Positions 1 through 12,537 of a DNA stretch of 64,000 nucleotides are shown here, in pieces. This DNA is from Octopus bimaculoides (lineage: Eukaryota). The translations under genes were made by a program, and so were the position numbers. Each line of letters starts with the position of its first letter. The stretch's first letter is position 1. Under the pieces are notes generated by a model. It made no database searches. It saw only the letters and a program-made list of their open reading frames with translations, and was not told the origin of the DNA. Where the stretch lies: contig NC_069003.1 of assembly GCF_001194135.2 (NCBI RefSeq), positions 31,031,705 through 31,095,704 of the forward strand. The letters run 5' to 3'.

Positions 1-1260
1 TGATGTATAGGTAGGTACAGAGGTAAAGTATGAATGCAGGTACGTAGGAAGGTGTTTAATGAGGTTGGCAGATACAGGGGTAAAAAAGCAAGTAGGAAGG
101 CGGGTAGCTAGGTAAGTGGTTATGTAGGTAGGTAGGTAGGTAGGTAGATAAATAGGTAGGTAGGTAGGTAGGTAGTTATCAAAGTATGTATGTAATGGGT
201 AGGTAGGTAATTATGACAAAAAAGGTAACTAGGTAGGTAGGTAGGTAGATAGGTAGGTATGGAAGTAGGAAGGTAGACATGTTAGTACATAGGTAGGTTG
301 GTAGATATGCATATAGGTAGATGGGCATGAACATAGGTAGGTAAGTGGGTATGAATGTAGTTAGATAGACAGGTAGGTAAACAAGTAACTAGGTAAGAGA
401 TTATCAAGCTATGTAAGTATATGGTGGGCAGTTAGATATGTAGGAAAAAACAATAGCTAGGTAGGTAGGTAGGTAGGTGGGTNNNNNNNNNNNNNNNNNN
501 NNNNNNNNNNNNNNNNNNNNNNNNNNNNNNNNNNNNNNNNNNNNNNNNNNNNNNNNNNNNNNNNNNNNNNNNNNNNNNNNNNNNNNNNNNNNNNNNNNNN
601 NNNNNNNNNNNNNNNNNNNNNNNNNNNNNNNNNNNNNNNNNNNNNNNNNNNNNNNNNNNNNNNNNNNNNNNNNNNNNNNNNNNNNNNNNNNNNNNNNNNN
701 NNNNNNNNNNNNNNNNNNNNNNNNNNNNNNNNNNNNNNNNNNNNNNNNNNNNNNNNNNNNNNNNNNNNNNNNNNNNNNNNNNNNNNNNNNNNNNNNNNNN
801 NNNNNNNNNNNNNNNNNNNNNNNNNNNNNNNNNNNNNNNNNNNNNNNNNNNNNNNNNNNNNNNNNNNNNNNNNNNNNNNNNNNNNNNNNNNNNNNNNNNN
901 NNNNNNNNNNNNNNNNNNNNNNNNNNNNNNNNNNNNNNNNNNNNNNNNNNNNNNNNNNNNNNNNNNNNNNNNNNNNNNNNNNNNNNNNNNNNNNNNNNNN
1001 NNNNNNNNNNNNNNNNTAGGTAGGTAGGTAGGTGGGTGGGAGGGTATGAATTGGGTGGGAGGGTATGAATTTGGTGGGTAGGTAGGTAGGTAGGTAGGTA
1101 GGTAGGTGGGTGGGAGGGTATGAATTGGGTGGGTAGGTAGGTAGGTAGGTGGGTAGGTAGGTAGGTAGGTGGGAGGGTATGAATTGGGTGGGTAGGTAGG
1201 TAGGTGGATATGAATGTAGGTAGGTAGATAGGTTGGTTGGTAGGCAGCTAGATAGTTATA
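1..1260. repeat. Degenerate (AGGT)n tract with interspersed gggtgggagggtatgaatt units; N gap 483-1016
   Basis: Direct reading of the sequence. Confidence 0.9.
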
Positions 1261-1558
1261 ACATGGGTAGGTAACAGATATGTAAGCAGGTTGATATTAC
1301 TGAACCCCCATGCCAACACTAATCAAGCAAACACATAGCCAAAGGCATTCCAGCTGTGACCATCCCGTTTGTTTTTCTCCTTTTAACCTATGTGTGGGCA
1401 AACCAGGACCTCATTATTTAATGCATCCTTTTCTTTATTGTAAATTAAGAAATTTTTGGCTGCTGTTTCTAGCATGTTATTAGACCAGCTTGGGCTCTCC
1501 CTTGTTTCTGATGGTGGGTGGTAAGCTGGTTATGATAACAAGCAGAAGAAGGACTCAA

Positions 1559-1602
<44 letters not shown>

Positions 1603-2176
1603 CATGATTGATTGTTATGCTTCAGTGGTTATATAAAGTTGTCTCTAGCAAAATAGTTTTAAAACGAAATTTAAAAAAAAAAATTTATTTTTAATGTATG
1701 TAAAAAAAAAAGAAGAAATTGTAAAAAAAAAATTTACTATGATTTTTCAGAAATTTGATTTTCAAACAGATCAATATGCTACCACTCTGTGTAAATGTGT
1801 GTGTGTTTGTGTGTGTGTTCATATTTGTGTGCATGTGTGTGTAGGTATGTATGTGTGTACATACATATATACACATACACACAAACATATATATATACAC
1901 ACACACATACAAGCATGTGTATATGTTTGTGTGAATGTGCATGTGTTCGCATGTATGTCAAAATGTGTAAACGCTTCAATGTGCATGTATGCGTGTGTTT
2001 GCATGTGTGTATGTGTATGTGCTTACATTTATCTATGCATATGTATGTGTATATGGACATGTGTGTTTGTCTAAATATGCATGTCAGCTTATCAGCTTAT
2101 GTGTGTGTGTGTGTGTGTGTTTGTGTGTGTGCTTAAAATGCATAACTGACTGTAGGTCTTCACAACAAATATTTCC

Positions 2177-2572
2177 TGCACTACCACCATCACCACCACC
2201 ACCACCACCNNNNNNNNNNNNNNNNNNNNNNNNNNNNNNNNNNNNNNNNNNNNNNNNNNNNNNNNNNNNNNNNNNNNNNNNNNNNNNNNNNNNNNNNNNN
2301 NNNNNNNNNNNNNNNNNNNNNNNNNNNNNNNNNNNNNNNNNNNNNNNNNNNNNNNNNNNNNNNNNNNNNNNNNNNNNNNNNNNNNNNNNNNNNNNTCTTC
2401 ACAACAAATATTTCCTGCACTACCACCATCACCACCACCACCACCACCACCATCAGCACCACCACCATCGGCACCACTGCCACCCATAACACCACCGCCA
2501 CCATCATCACCACCACCACCACCACCACCACTACCCTCACCATCACCAATACATCGGCACCACCACCACCAT
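2177..2572. repeat. (ACC)n low-complexity tract; flanking sequence duplicated across an N gap
   Basis: tcttcacaacaaatatttcctgcactaccaccatcaccacc occurs both before and after the gap. Confidence 0.85.
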
Positions 2573-2772
2573 GTCTGACAAACTGTATCAAGGAGGAACC
2601 AATAAAGGGTGTCTCTATGTGGTTGTTTAAACCTGCAGGAAATAGCAGCCAAATCTCATTCAAATCACAAATCTTAAAAAAAAAGAAAAATGACACACTA
2701 TTTAATGTCCTAATATATACCCACTAACAAATGGGCTGGTCATGCATGGAATACATATGACGTATGAATCTT

Positions 2773-2969
2773 TGTGTCTATGTTTGTCTTCCACCACTGC
2801 TTGACGACAGGTGTTGATGTGTTTACATCTCTGTAACTTAGCAGTCAGGTAAAAGAAACCAATAGAATAAATATTAGGCTTAAAATATAAGTTCTGGGGT
2901 CAATTTGTTTGACTAAAACCCTTCAAGGTGGTGCCCCAGCATGGCTGCAGTCAAATGATTGAAACAAGC
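2773..2969 (+). mobile_element. SINE family A (octopus tRNA-derived SINE), 3' half
   Basis: Aligns with the 3' half of the full copy at 12966-13372 (…gtaacttagc…ccagcatggc.gcagtcaaatga.tgaaacaag). Confidence 0.8.
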
Positions 2970-2970
2970 A

Positions 2971-3217
2971 GTGCCATTCATTTTCAATGTTCTGTGAAAA
3001 ATATGTCTGGACATGAGGGAATATTACTTTACTTGGAAACAGGTAAAGGTTGGCATCAGAAGAGCATCCAGCCGTAGAAACTTTGCCAAAGCAGACAGTA
3101 GAATCTGGTGCAGTCCGCTGGCTTGCCAGCTCCTGTCAAACTGTCCAACCCATGCCAACATGGAAAGGGAACCATCAGATGGTGATGATAGTGACGTCGT
3201 TGATGATGATGATGATG
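2971..3217 (+). mobile_element. RTE-type LINE 3' tail ending in (GAT)n
   Basis: ggttggcatcagaagagcatccagccgtagaaa…catggaaa…(gat)n, a motif typical of RTE 3' ends and repeated across the window. Confidence 0.7.
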
Positions 3218-3248
3218 AAGAAGAAACAGAATATCAAATATAACTTAC

Positions 3249-3337
3249 CTGTTGTTCAAGTATTTGCTATAATTAAATATATGTATATCCAAGCATTCCT
3301 CACTTTCAATTGGTCGAGCCACTGGCCATTCGAATAT
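3249..3337 (-). CDS. OTOF: Otoferlin-type ferlin, internal coding exon (equivalent to vertebrate OTOF exon 3), C2A domain
   Basis: Acceptor tcttattattgtag| and donor CAG|gtaagt; 89 nt; translates IFEWPVARPIESEECLDIHIFNYSKYLNN(R), which aligns by eye with human otoferlin [30 protein letters not shown] (recalled sequence). Phase 0 start matches the phase 0 end of 16909-16967. Confidence 0.92.
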
Positions 3338-3676
3338 CTACAATAATAAGATGAATGAATAAATGAATGGAATGCAAAGTAATGTCAAAGCAGGGGGCTA
3401 TGATTTAGAGATATATACACACACAAGCATGCATATGTGTATGTATTTGTACATGTGTGGGTGTGTGTGCATTAATATTAATAAGAATAAAGAGTATAGA
3501 GACTTTTACATACACAAATTCATTTTATAGCTATGTACAAGTTATAACGACCTACACGTGTTTCCACTGCAGTGACTCCTGATCATTGAGATTAGCTGTT
3601 AACTGGAACTTAACTGAGAGCCAATACAATATCCACCCAGATAATATATCCCTCCAAACTCACTTTTATATATATA

Positions 3677-3723
<47 letters not shown>

Positions 3724-3879
3724 NNNNNNNNNNNNNNNNNNNNNNNNNNNNNNNNNNNATATATATATTTATATATTTAGTCCTAGGAAGCTGGACCACT
3801 TCCTGTTGGCCTTGACACATTTCCTGTGTCCTTATGCTTATGAGGGGCAGACAAGCACCTCCACCCAGCCAAGCCTGCA

Positions 3880-3922
3880 TCCAGGGACATGTTTCTGAGT
3901 TTTTGCTCATCATCAGCCTAGA
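3880..3922 (-). ncRNA. Minimal type I hammerhead ribozyme motif with canonical core
   Basis: Minus strand reads ucuagg-CUGAUGA-ugag(caaaaa)cuca-GAA-ac(au)gu-C-ccugga: 6-bp stem I, 4-bp stem II, palindromic ACAUGU stem III, GUC cleavage triplet. Confidence 0.8.
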
Positions 3923-4467
3923 GTCGCATGACTTGCTGGCTGAAGATGCCTGTCTAGCTCTCGTAAACGTATAATAATTCTAGTGAAACACATTCAGTGC
4001 TTACAAAAATTAGAAATGATACATTTCTTAATCTTTGAGAGAGACTTAAAGAAGCACTCAATGATTTGGTGGACTGTCTGAAGTTGTATACTGAAGAATT
4101 TCTCCCATGGAAACTTGAGCTTAAATCAAACAGAAAACCCAAAGGGATTTAGAATATAAATCAAAGTGAAAAATGGAGTTTATGGCTTTTATCTAATTGT
4201 TGATTTCTCTTTGAAAGACTAGTCTTGTCTTTCCTCTCACTTAGGGAGACTTCAGTGAAGAAGCAACTACTAAAAGAAAATGCCCCAAACACTCAAAGGA
4301 GTCATTCGGAAGACAGTGGCTACAACAACAACAAAAGTAACACAATAACAACACAATAACAACAACAACAACAGCAGCAACTCTTACATGATTCCAAATA
4401 CAGAAGCTATTCCAAGAGAAACCTTGTTTGTTAACACGAAACTTTTTTTTTAATATCGCTTTCATAT

Positions 4468-5020
4468 TTTGTCACAAGGCCAGCAATTTCAGGGAAGGAA
4501 GGCAAGGCAATTAGATTGACCCCAGTGTTCAGCTGGTACTTGTTTTATCGACCCTGAAGGGATGAAAGGTCAAGTCGAACGTGGCAGAATTTGAACTCGT
4601 ATCATAATGACATGAAATTCCGCTGAGCATTTTGCCCAGCATGCTAACAATTCTGCCAGCTCATTGCCTTCATCTTTTTTAATATTCTTTTCTACTTTAG
4701 GCACAATGTCCAAAATATTTGGGGAGGGAGCCAGTCGATTAGATCGACCCTAGTACACAGCTGGTACTTAATTTATCGATCCCAAAAGGATGAAAGGCAA
4801 AGTCGATCTTGGCAGAATTTGAACTCAGAGTGTAAAGACAGCCAGGTAAAATGCTTAATGGCATTTCATCCATCCTTATGTTCTGAGTTCCAATTGCACT
4901 GAGGTTGACTTAGCCTTTTATCCTTTCAGGGTCGGTAAAATAACTACCAGTTAAGCACTGGAATTGATGTCATCGTCTTGCCCACCTCCTCCAATGTTTT
5001 TGGCTTTAAACCAAAATTTG
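4468..5020. mobile_element. Cluster of three SINE family B (CORE-type) copies: 4468-4670 (-), 4683-4835 (-), 4850-5020 (+)
   Basis: tRNA-like head (ggcagaattgttagc…gttctgagttcaaatt) and CORE-like ttgcctttcatcc…ggtcgataaa.taagtaccag block. Confidence 0.75.
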
Positions 5021-6425
5021 GAACTGATATTAAATGAACAGAGAAAATATTTGGCTCTTTCCGAGGTACGAGAAAAAAAAGTGTAGAGGGAAGAATTTTG
5101 TGAGACTCAACAGTATTTCTCTAGCACAAGAGATAATCCAGGAGAAGGTGAAAAGAAAAATTAGACATCTCTGCTTATAAAAAGACAGAAGCAAATTAAA
5201 TTTCCTCACATGTCAAGTTGTACAATTAGCCCTCCAGGACATGAATATATTGGAAGAAACTGAAACAAGCAACTGGAAAAAACAAAAGCTAAGGCACTAT
5301 TTGCTGTACCTTTAAAAGTGAAAGTGAAACCAAAAAACTGATCACTGGTGTATTCCATTGCACTGAAACCAATCTTGATAATCTTTTTTGAAAAGTGGGC
5401 AGTGTGAGACATGGCTCATAATGAGGTAGGCTGCACTACTAAAAAGACAAATTCTAAGCAATTTTTTTGTTGGTGCTCCATTCAGAAATGCCTGCTGACT
5501 ACATGTGGCTCACAGACCACAGTTTTCCCATGACTACATCGATCCATAAAAGCTTGCAGGAAAATGAAAACATTACAGTGAGTTAATTAGCTGAGAGAGC
5601 TGGGAAAACATTTTAGACAATGCAGTCTCAGGTATCCTGCAAAAAGTTATGATAGTCAGAATTGGACTGTCTTTGATCATAGATTTGCTTCTGCTTATTT
5701 AGGCCTTATCTGGAACTAAACAATAACAGCAACAACAATAACAACAACAGCAACAACAAAACTGCCATCTTATATTGTGCTGATTTGTAACAAATGGAAA
5801 CAAAAAGAAAATCAAACATTTTCTTTGAAGATTTTTTTTCGCGCTTATTCTCTGTTCACATTTTTTTTTCTTCTCCTATCTTATCCCCATTTGCTGAACA
5901 GATTTCTTTGTAGTCAAAGTTTATACAGACATTTCTCCCGCTGCAATTCTCACGCCAATTAGAAACCAGCTTGACCATAAACTGGTTTAGTAATTGTCTG
6001 AGAGTTTTACATCAGCTATTTGGCAAATCGATTCTTCAGAACGTCTTCAGCGTAGAAAGAAGGGTCAAAGCAGTAGAAGTTGCTTTATTGTGTTATATTA
6101 TTGTCGGCTCAAAAGAGTTATATTAAGTGACCATGCAAAGTGAAGTACATTTTGCTGTCTCAACTCCACTTCAAATAATCACTGGCACTTGTTGATATTA
6201 TTGTTGTTTAACCCAAGGTCAATCTCCTCCCTCCCCCTCGTCTTATTGTTAAAACTATTCCAGAAGTGATCAGCCGATCTTTTTTCCTATATGAAGAGAA
6301 TCTAGGACCGTTTTATCCGACAAGTCCTTTTTTAAGACATTGAAGTATAATTTGAGGAAAATTTGACTGCTATTTCTTGTTGGTATAGCAACTCACTTAC
6401 ACAGACCCTCTCCCTCATCATTATC

Positions 6426-6650
6426 GTTGTTTCATGCCTGTTTTCCATGCTGGCATGGGTCAAACATTTTGACAAGAGCCAACCAACCAAAGGACTGTAT
6501 CAAGTTCCAATATCTGCTATGGCATGGTTTCTTATGACTGGATGCCCTTCCTAATGCCAACCACTTTACAAAGTGTACTGGGTGCTTTTTACATGGCACT
6601 GGAACCAATGGAGGTCACCAAGTAACTCACAAGACAAGACCCCGCTTAAC
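6426..6650 (-). mobile_element. RTE-type LINE 3' tail
   Basis: ttttccatgctggcatggg…ggatgcccttcctaatgccaaccact, the reverse complement of the RTE tail. Confidence 0.7.
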
Positions 6651-7457
6651 TGAGAAAGGGGGTGTAGTACCAAGGGGGTGGCTTTAAGCTAAGTTTTGAG
6701 AAGAAGGGGTTAAAGGGTAGAAATGGGTGTCTCGCAATAAAGGAGATACATGGCTGGCAGTGGCCTGAGTTAACCTGAGCCAATTCAGGAAAATAATTCA
6801 CCATCACATTTTAAATCTTTTGATACCAATCCACCTGAGACCACCAACGCAAATTATGAGCTCTTTAAAAATTAATGGTTATAAGTCATTAATTTTAAAG
6901 AGTTTGTAATTATATAANNNNNNNNNNNNNNNNNNNNNNNNNNNNNNNNNNNNNNNNNNNNNNNNNNNNNNNNNNNNNNNNNNNNNNNNNNNNNNNNNNN
7001 NNNNNNNNNNNNNNNNNNNNNNNNNNNNNNNNNNNNNNNNNNNNNNNNNNNNNNNNNNNNNNNNNNNNNNNNNNNNNNNNNNNNNNNNNNNNNNNNNNNN
7101 NNNNNNNNNNNNNNNNNNNNNNNNNNNNNNNNNNNNNNNNNNNNNNNNNNNNNNNNNNNNNNNNNNNNNNNNNNNNNNNNNNNNNNNNNNNNNNNNNNNN
7201 NNNNNNNNNNNNNNNNNNNNNNNNNNNNNNNNNNNNNNNNNNNNNNNNNNNNNNNNNNNNNNNNNNNNNNNNNNNNNNNNNNNNNNNNNNNNNNNNNNNN
7301 NNNNNNNNNNNNNNNNNNNNNNNNNNNNNNNNNNNNNNNNNNNNNNNNNNNNNNNNNNNNNNNNNNNNNNNNNNNNNNNNNNNNNNNNNNNNNNNNNNNN
7401 NNNNNNNNNNNNNNNNNNNNNNNNNNNNNNNNNNNNNNNNNNNNNNNNNNNNNNNNN

Positions 7458-7495
<38 letters not shown>

Positions 7496-7502
7496 ATACA
7501 TT

Positions 7503-7554
<52 letters not shown>

Positions 7555-8120
7555 TGTATGTATGTATGAATAAATAATCACCCTGAATAACAAATAGCTC
7601 TAGATAAAAAAGTAATAACACAAACACACATTTCGCTCTCTTTTTTTTTCTTTCTTTTTCTTTTCTTTTCTTAAATGTCATCAGAATTACTTGAAGAAGT
7701 TAGACCTTCAAAGGAAAACTCTAAACATTTACCCTTTTAAAAAAACATGAAATAATTATTTTTACTTTTATAGAAAAGATTAAAAAGGCGTAAAAACCTA
7801 TATTTTATTTTATCTTCTGAGAAATGTTGTCATTAAAGAGATAAAAGAAACAAAGGGAAAAACATTGAAAGCTCTCCATAAAATCCTGGTTTGTAATTAA
7901 GGAATGAATCTTCAAATAGATTTAGTAAAAATGAAAATAAGTATCCTGGAATAAGAAGACGAAAGCGTGCTGTAATTATTGGAACTCCTGCAAGGATAAC
8001 CCTATTCTTATCTCTTCCTGCAGACAATTAATGATAAACAATATTGATTTAACCCTCACTGATATCAAAATACCTGTTAAAACAAATGCTAACACATAAC
8101 AAGGATGATAATTATAATGT

Positions 8121-8171
<51 letters not shown>

Positions 8172-8174
<3 letters not shown>

Positions 8175-8551
8175 TCCTTTCTGCTGTAGGCACAAGGCCT
8201 GGAATTTTAAGGAGTGGGGGCTAATCGTCGACTACATTGACCGCAGAGTGCAACTGGTACTTATTTCATTGACCCCGAAAGGGTGAGTAGTAAAGTTGAC
8301 CTCGGAGGGATTTGAATTCAGAAAGTAAAGATAGAGGAAATGCCACCCTTGAGTGGGATGGGCTACTCAACCCGAAGAAAATTCTAACTGGGCCTCACCT
8401 GCGAGGTCATGCGCTGTTTATCTTGATATTAGATCACCATGTCACGCACATATGGCTGTGATGCATGTGCCTGGTAGTCATGATGAGTATACTGGACTTC
8501 GTATATTTGTACCCCAGTGTCACTTTGATGGCATGCACTCCTCTCTCACTC

Positions 8552-8596
<45 letters not shown>

Positions 8597-8830
8597 TAAT
8601 AATAATAATAATCCTTTCTGCTAAAAAAAAAAAAAGCACAAGGCCTGAAATTTTGGGGAGGGACAAGTCATTCACATCGACCCCAGTGTTTCGCTGGTAC
8701 TTGATTTATCAAACCTGAAGGGATGAAAGACAAAGCCAACCACAGCAGAATTTGAACTCAGAGTGTAAAAGCAGAAGAAATGCTACCAAGCAATTTGCCC
8801 AGTGTGCTAACGATTCTGCCAGCTTGTTAT
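8172..8830. mobile_element. SINE B (-) 8172-8345, retroelement 3' tail with (AAT)n (+) 8346-8595, SINE B (-) 8612-8830
   Basis: SINE B hallmarks on both sides; the middle segment ends ctctctcact-c(aat)n like a non-LTR 3' end (family not identified). Confidence 0.65.
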
Positions 8831-9488
8831 CTTCTTTACCAATAATGGTAATCATTTCTAAGCAAGCATTGTTCTGCCATAGCTAAAAGTAACAAGAATA
8901 CTTATCGCGAATAGATCGGAGTCTTGTGTGTTTTTCTTTGGTTGTTACTCATGTTATATAATTTTTATCTTTATTGTTTTTTTTTTGTTATTGATTTATA
9001 TTTTATTTTATATTATTTTTAAACCTGACAAACACAGCGAAACAAAGAAGATATATGTATATAATTATAAAGAAACTACAAAGCTATTGATTGGATATCT
9101 ACATCAATAATTCTTACCAGTTTTCTTTCTTTAAATTGTTTTTTATCAAGTGATGTACTCTTGCACGTGTGTGTGTGTGTGTGCGTGTGCGTTTATAAAT
9201 ATATACATATATGTGTGTTTATAGATGTATATATGTGCATATGTGTGTATACGTGTATGTATATATATATATATATATATATATCTACACACATATATAT
9301 GTATAGTGACCTGACAGGTATATGGAATCCTTCATACACACACATATATATGCATGTATGTATATGTATGTGCATATAACATATATATATATATGTCTGT
9401 ATGCATATATGTACACTCACACACACATATATACATATATATGTCTGCATGCATATATGTACACACACATATATATACACATATATGT

Positions 9489-9597
<109 letters not shown>

Positions 9598-10237
9598 TAG
9601 ATAAATATATGTACATATATACATAAATATCAAGACAAAGAGAAAAAGGAGATTTAGACATCTTTATACATGTGTATCTATCTGTCTATATATATGCATA
9701 CATACATATATATATACACACATATACACAAGTATATATACACACATATAGATTTATCTATATATATCAATACATTCATACACAATATACTGCAACAAAG
9801 AACAAGAGGAATCCTCCGCCATTGTGCGATAAGATGTTACAGGAGATAAGTAAGTAGGTAGATAAACAACACAGGTAAACAACACGGCAATATATAGAAA
9901 CTATGTTGTATGTTGGTGTGTTTAGCTGGAATGTTCAATGTAGCTAGAAGATTCGGTTTGCTAAACAATTCATCATGCTATTCATTATTGTTTGACATCT
10001 TAGTTAATGTTGTGGCAGTCATGGTGGTGACGGTGGTGGTCGTGGTGGTATGATGATAACGATGACGGCAACAATGATGATGGTGGTGGTGGTGGTGGTG
10101 GTGGCGGTGATGATGATGATGCTATATCTATTCGGTTATATCAGAAAATGATTGGGTTAACAATTTTGGCTGACTGGTTTTGCTTCCTCATTCTTTGGCG
10201 GTGGCTAGTAGAAATACCGATCCACTCCCTTCATGAG

Positions 10238-10276
<39 letters not shown>

Positions 10277-10329
10277 CTTTGTTGCGCTCCATAAGACCCA
10301 CCACAATAGAATTGATGTCCTAAACCTAA

Positions 10330-10555
10330 GGTGCCATGTAAAAAGCACTGGTGATGGGGGGGGGGAGCACATAAAAAGCACCAAGTACGCTCTGTGAAGT
10401 GGTTGGCATTAGGAAAGGCATCCAAATCGAAACAGACTATGGAACATGATGTGGTCCCTGGCCTTCTCAGCTTCTGTCAAGCTGCGAAATCCATGCCAGC
10501 ATGGAAAACAGACATTAAATGTTGATGATGACGATGATGATGATGATGATGATGA
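10330..10555 (+). mobile_element. RTE-type LINE 3' tail ending in (GAT)n
   Basis: gtggttggcattaggaaaggcatcca…gcatggaaaacagacattaaatgttgatgatg. Confidence 0.75.
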
Positions 10556-10557
10556 TA

Positions 10558-10590
<33 letters not shown>

Positions 10591-10940
10591 ATAGTGGAAG
10601 TTGATTTGTGGCTGAGTTATATATATATANNNNNNNNNNNNNNNNNNNNNNNNNNNNNNNNNNNNNNNNNNNNNNNNNNNNNNNNNNNNNNNNNNNNNNN
10701 NNNNNNNNNNNNNNNNNNNNNNNNNNNNNNNNNNNNNNNNNNNNNNNNNNNNNNNNNNNNNNNNNNNNNNNNNNNNNNNNNNNNNNNNNNNNNNNNNNNN
10801 NNNNNNNNNNNNNNNNNNNNNNNNNNNNNNNNNNNNNNNNNNNNNNNNNNNNNNNNNNNNNNNNNNNNNNNNNNNNNNNNNNNNNNNNNNNNNNNNNNNN
10901 NNNNNNNNNNNNNNNNNNNNNNNNNNNNNNNNNNNNNNNN

Positions 10941-10968
<28 letters not shown>

Positions 10969-10971
<3 letters not shown>

Positions 10972-11162
10972 GAGAATATACAAAAAATAACAACAGACGA
11001 GGACAGGTGGTGTAAATAACAAAAGTATATATTAGTATGACGCTCGGGAATACGGAAAGTCTTTGACGTTTCGAGCTACGCTCTTCAACAGAAAGAATAC
11101 GGAGACAAGGAGAAAAACACGGAGAAAAAAAATTGAATAGTGTTCAGTCAACGGTCAATCAT
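10969..11162 (-). mobile_element. ~195-bp (TA)n-flanked repeat carrying a hammerhead-like motif (11060-11096); possible Penelope-like pLTR or retrozyme-like element
   Basis: Motif ucuuu-CUGUUGA-a-gagc(gua)gcuc-GAA-acgu-C-aaaga; TA repeats on both sides; homologous to 47315-47475 and 45112-45231. Confidence 0.65.
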
Positions 11163-12420
11163 AATATATATATATACATGCATAAACCTACATGTCCACA
11201 AAGACAAACAACAAAACAAGCAACATTGATTTTTATATCATATGATACTTTTATTTATCATCCTACTTCAAATATTTCCAAACTGAATCTTATTGTTTAT
11301 CATATTTTTTCATTGATTCCATCTTTTACTTTATCTTTTTATATTTCCTTCAGCCACATTTGTAATAAAATCCATGCAATCGCATAAATTTAATGGGAAG
11401 TTGATAAAAAATTAATCGCCATAAGATTTACCAAATTCTTATACTTGAAGGGGATTTCTTTTATCAGAATATATAATGTTCATCATGGAAAATCCTGTTT
11501 CTTTCCCTGCAGCAGGTCTTTGAGCAATGGCATCAATGATATTATTTTCTTTTTATTGCTAAGAACTTATTATGTAACATTTTCAACATAATCCAAGAAG
11601 TCATTGTTACAGATCCTATGATGAAATTGCTTATAGAGTTCATCTTATCATTCTTTTGCTACTTCTCCGGGTACAACAATTTCATCAATGATCCAGTAAT
11701 CTGGTTTAACAATATTTACCAATTCCTGAATTCTTTCTTGTCTATCATTTGTTGATTGTATGATCTCAGCATCCATCACTCTCAGTTATATATTTCTTCT
11801 CACTGCATCCATTATTCGCCAGTAAAGAAATCCTTATATACTTCTTATTTCCAACAAACCCAGTGTATTGAAATACATCTGAAATCATCTGAAACAATTC
11901 CATTTATTTTCCTATCACAAGTACTCTTTCTCTCTTTGTGTATTCCAAATCTGTTGATTAACCTTTTTATTAAGTTTTTCAACACATGGTGGATATAACC
12001 CTTTTGCTTGATGAGTATTTGACAGAAATTTCTTCAACCATAAATCTAACATGCTTCTTTTCTAAGTAATGGGTTCTTAAATAGATATTCTCCTCTGTAT
12101 TTTTGAATTTGTCAATCTATCTGCTGTATATACAATTGCATTATATAATGCTGAGCATATATGTACATTAATACTACATGAAAAAGGTTACAAAACAGCT
12201 ATAACCACATCAAATTCATGTGGAAAAATATATCTATCGTCACCTCTCACACCTCCTGAGATTATGTTTTATTTAATCCTCATTGAAAAATTTATCATTT
12301 AGATTTTCTGTATCATTTGGATATAAGAACAGGTTACATTACATTGTCATTTATTACAATGTAGACCTGATAGCCAATTCCAAATGAAGAGCTTACTGTG
12401 ATAACTGCATGATTCTCTAA

Positions 12421-12537
<117 letters not shown>

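Noticed and set aside
4088-4130. CUGAAGA…GAAACUUGAG on plus, resembling the 50194 family
   Set aside because: No stem II and no properly placed NUH triplet.
5290-5330. TFTFKG|gt on minus, resembling the end of otoferlin exon 1
   Set aside because: It lies between exons 2 and 3, the wrong order, and upstream residues do not match.
7833-8030. Hydrophobic minus ORF and a plus-strand RRRKR-AVIIG furin/fusion-like word
   Set aside because: Short, bounded by stops, splice phase incompatible with exon 2, and no recognisable family.
9020-9050. CUGACAA…GAAAC on plus
   Set aside because: G8 is lost and there is no stem II or cleavage triplet.
9935-9992. AUGAUGA…GAAUC-UUC hammerhead-like motif on minus
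   Set aside because: Several core substitutions and an out-of-register stem I.
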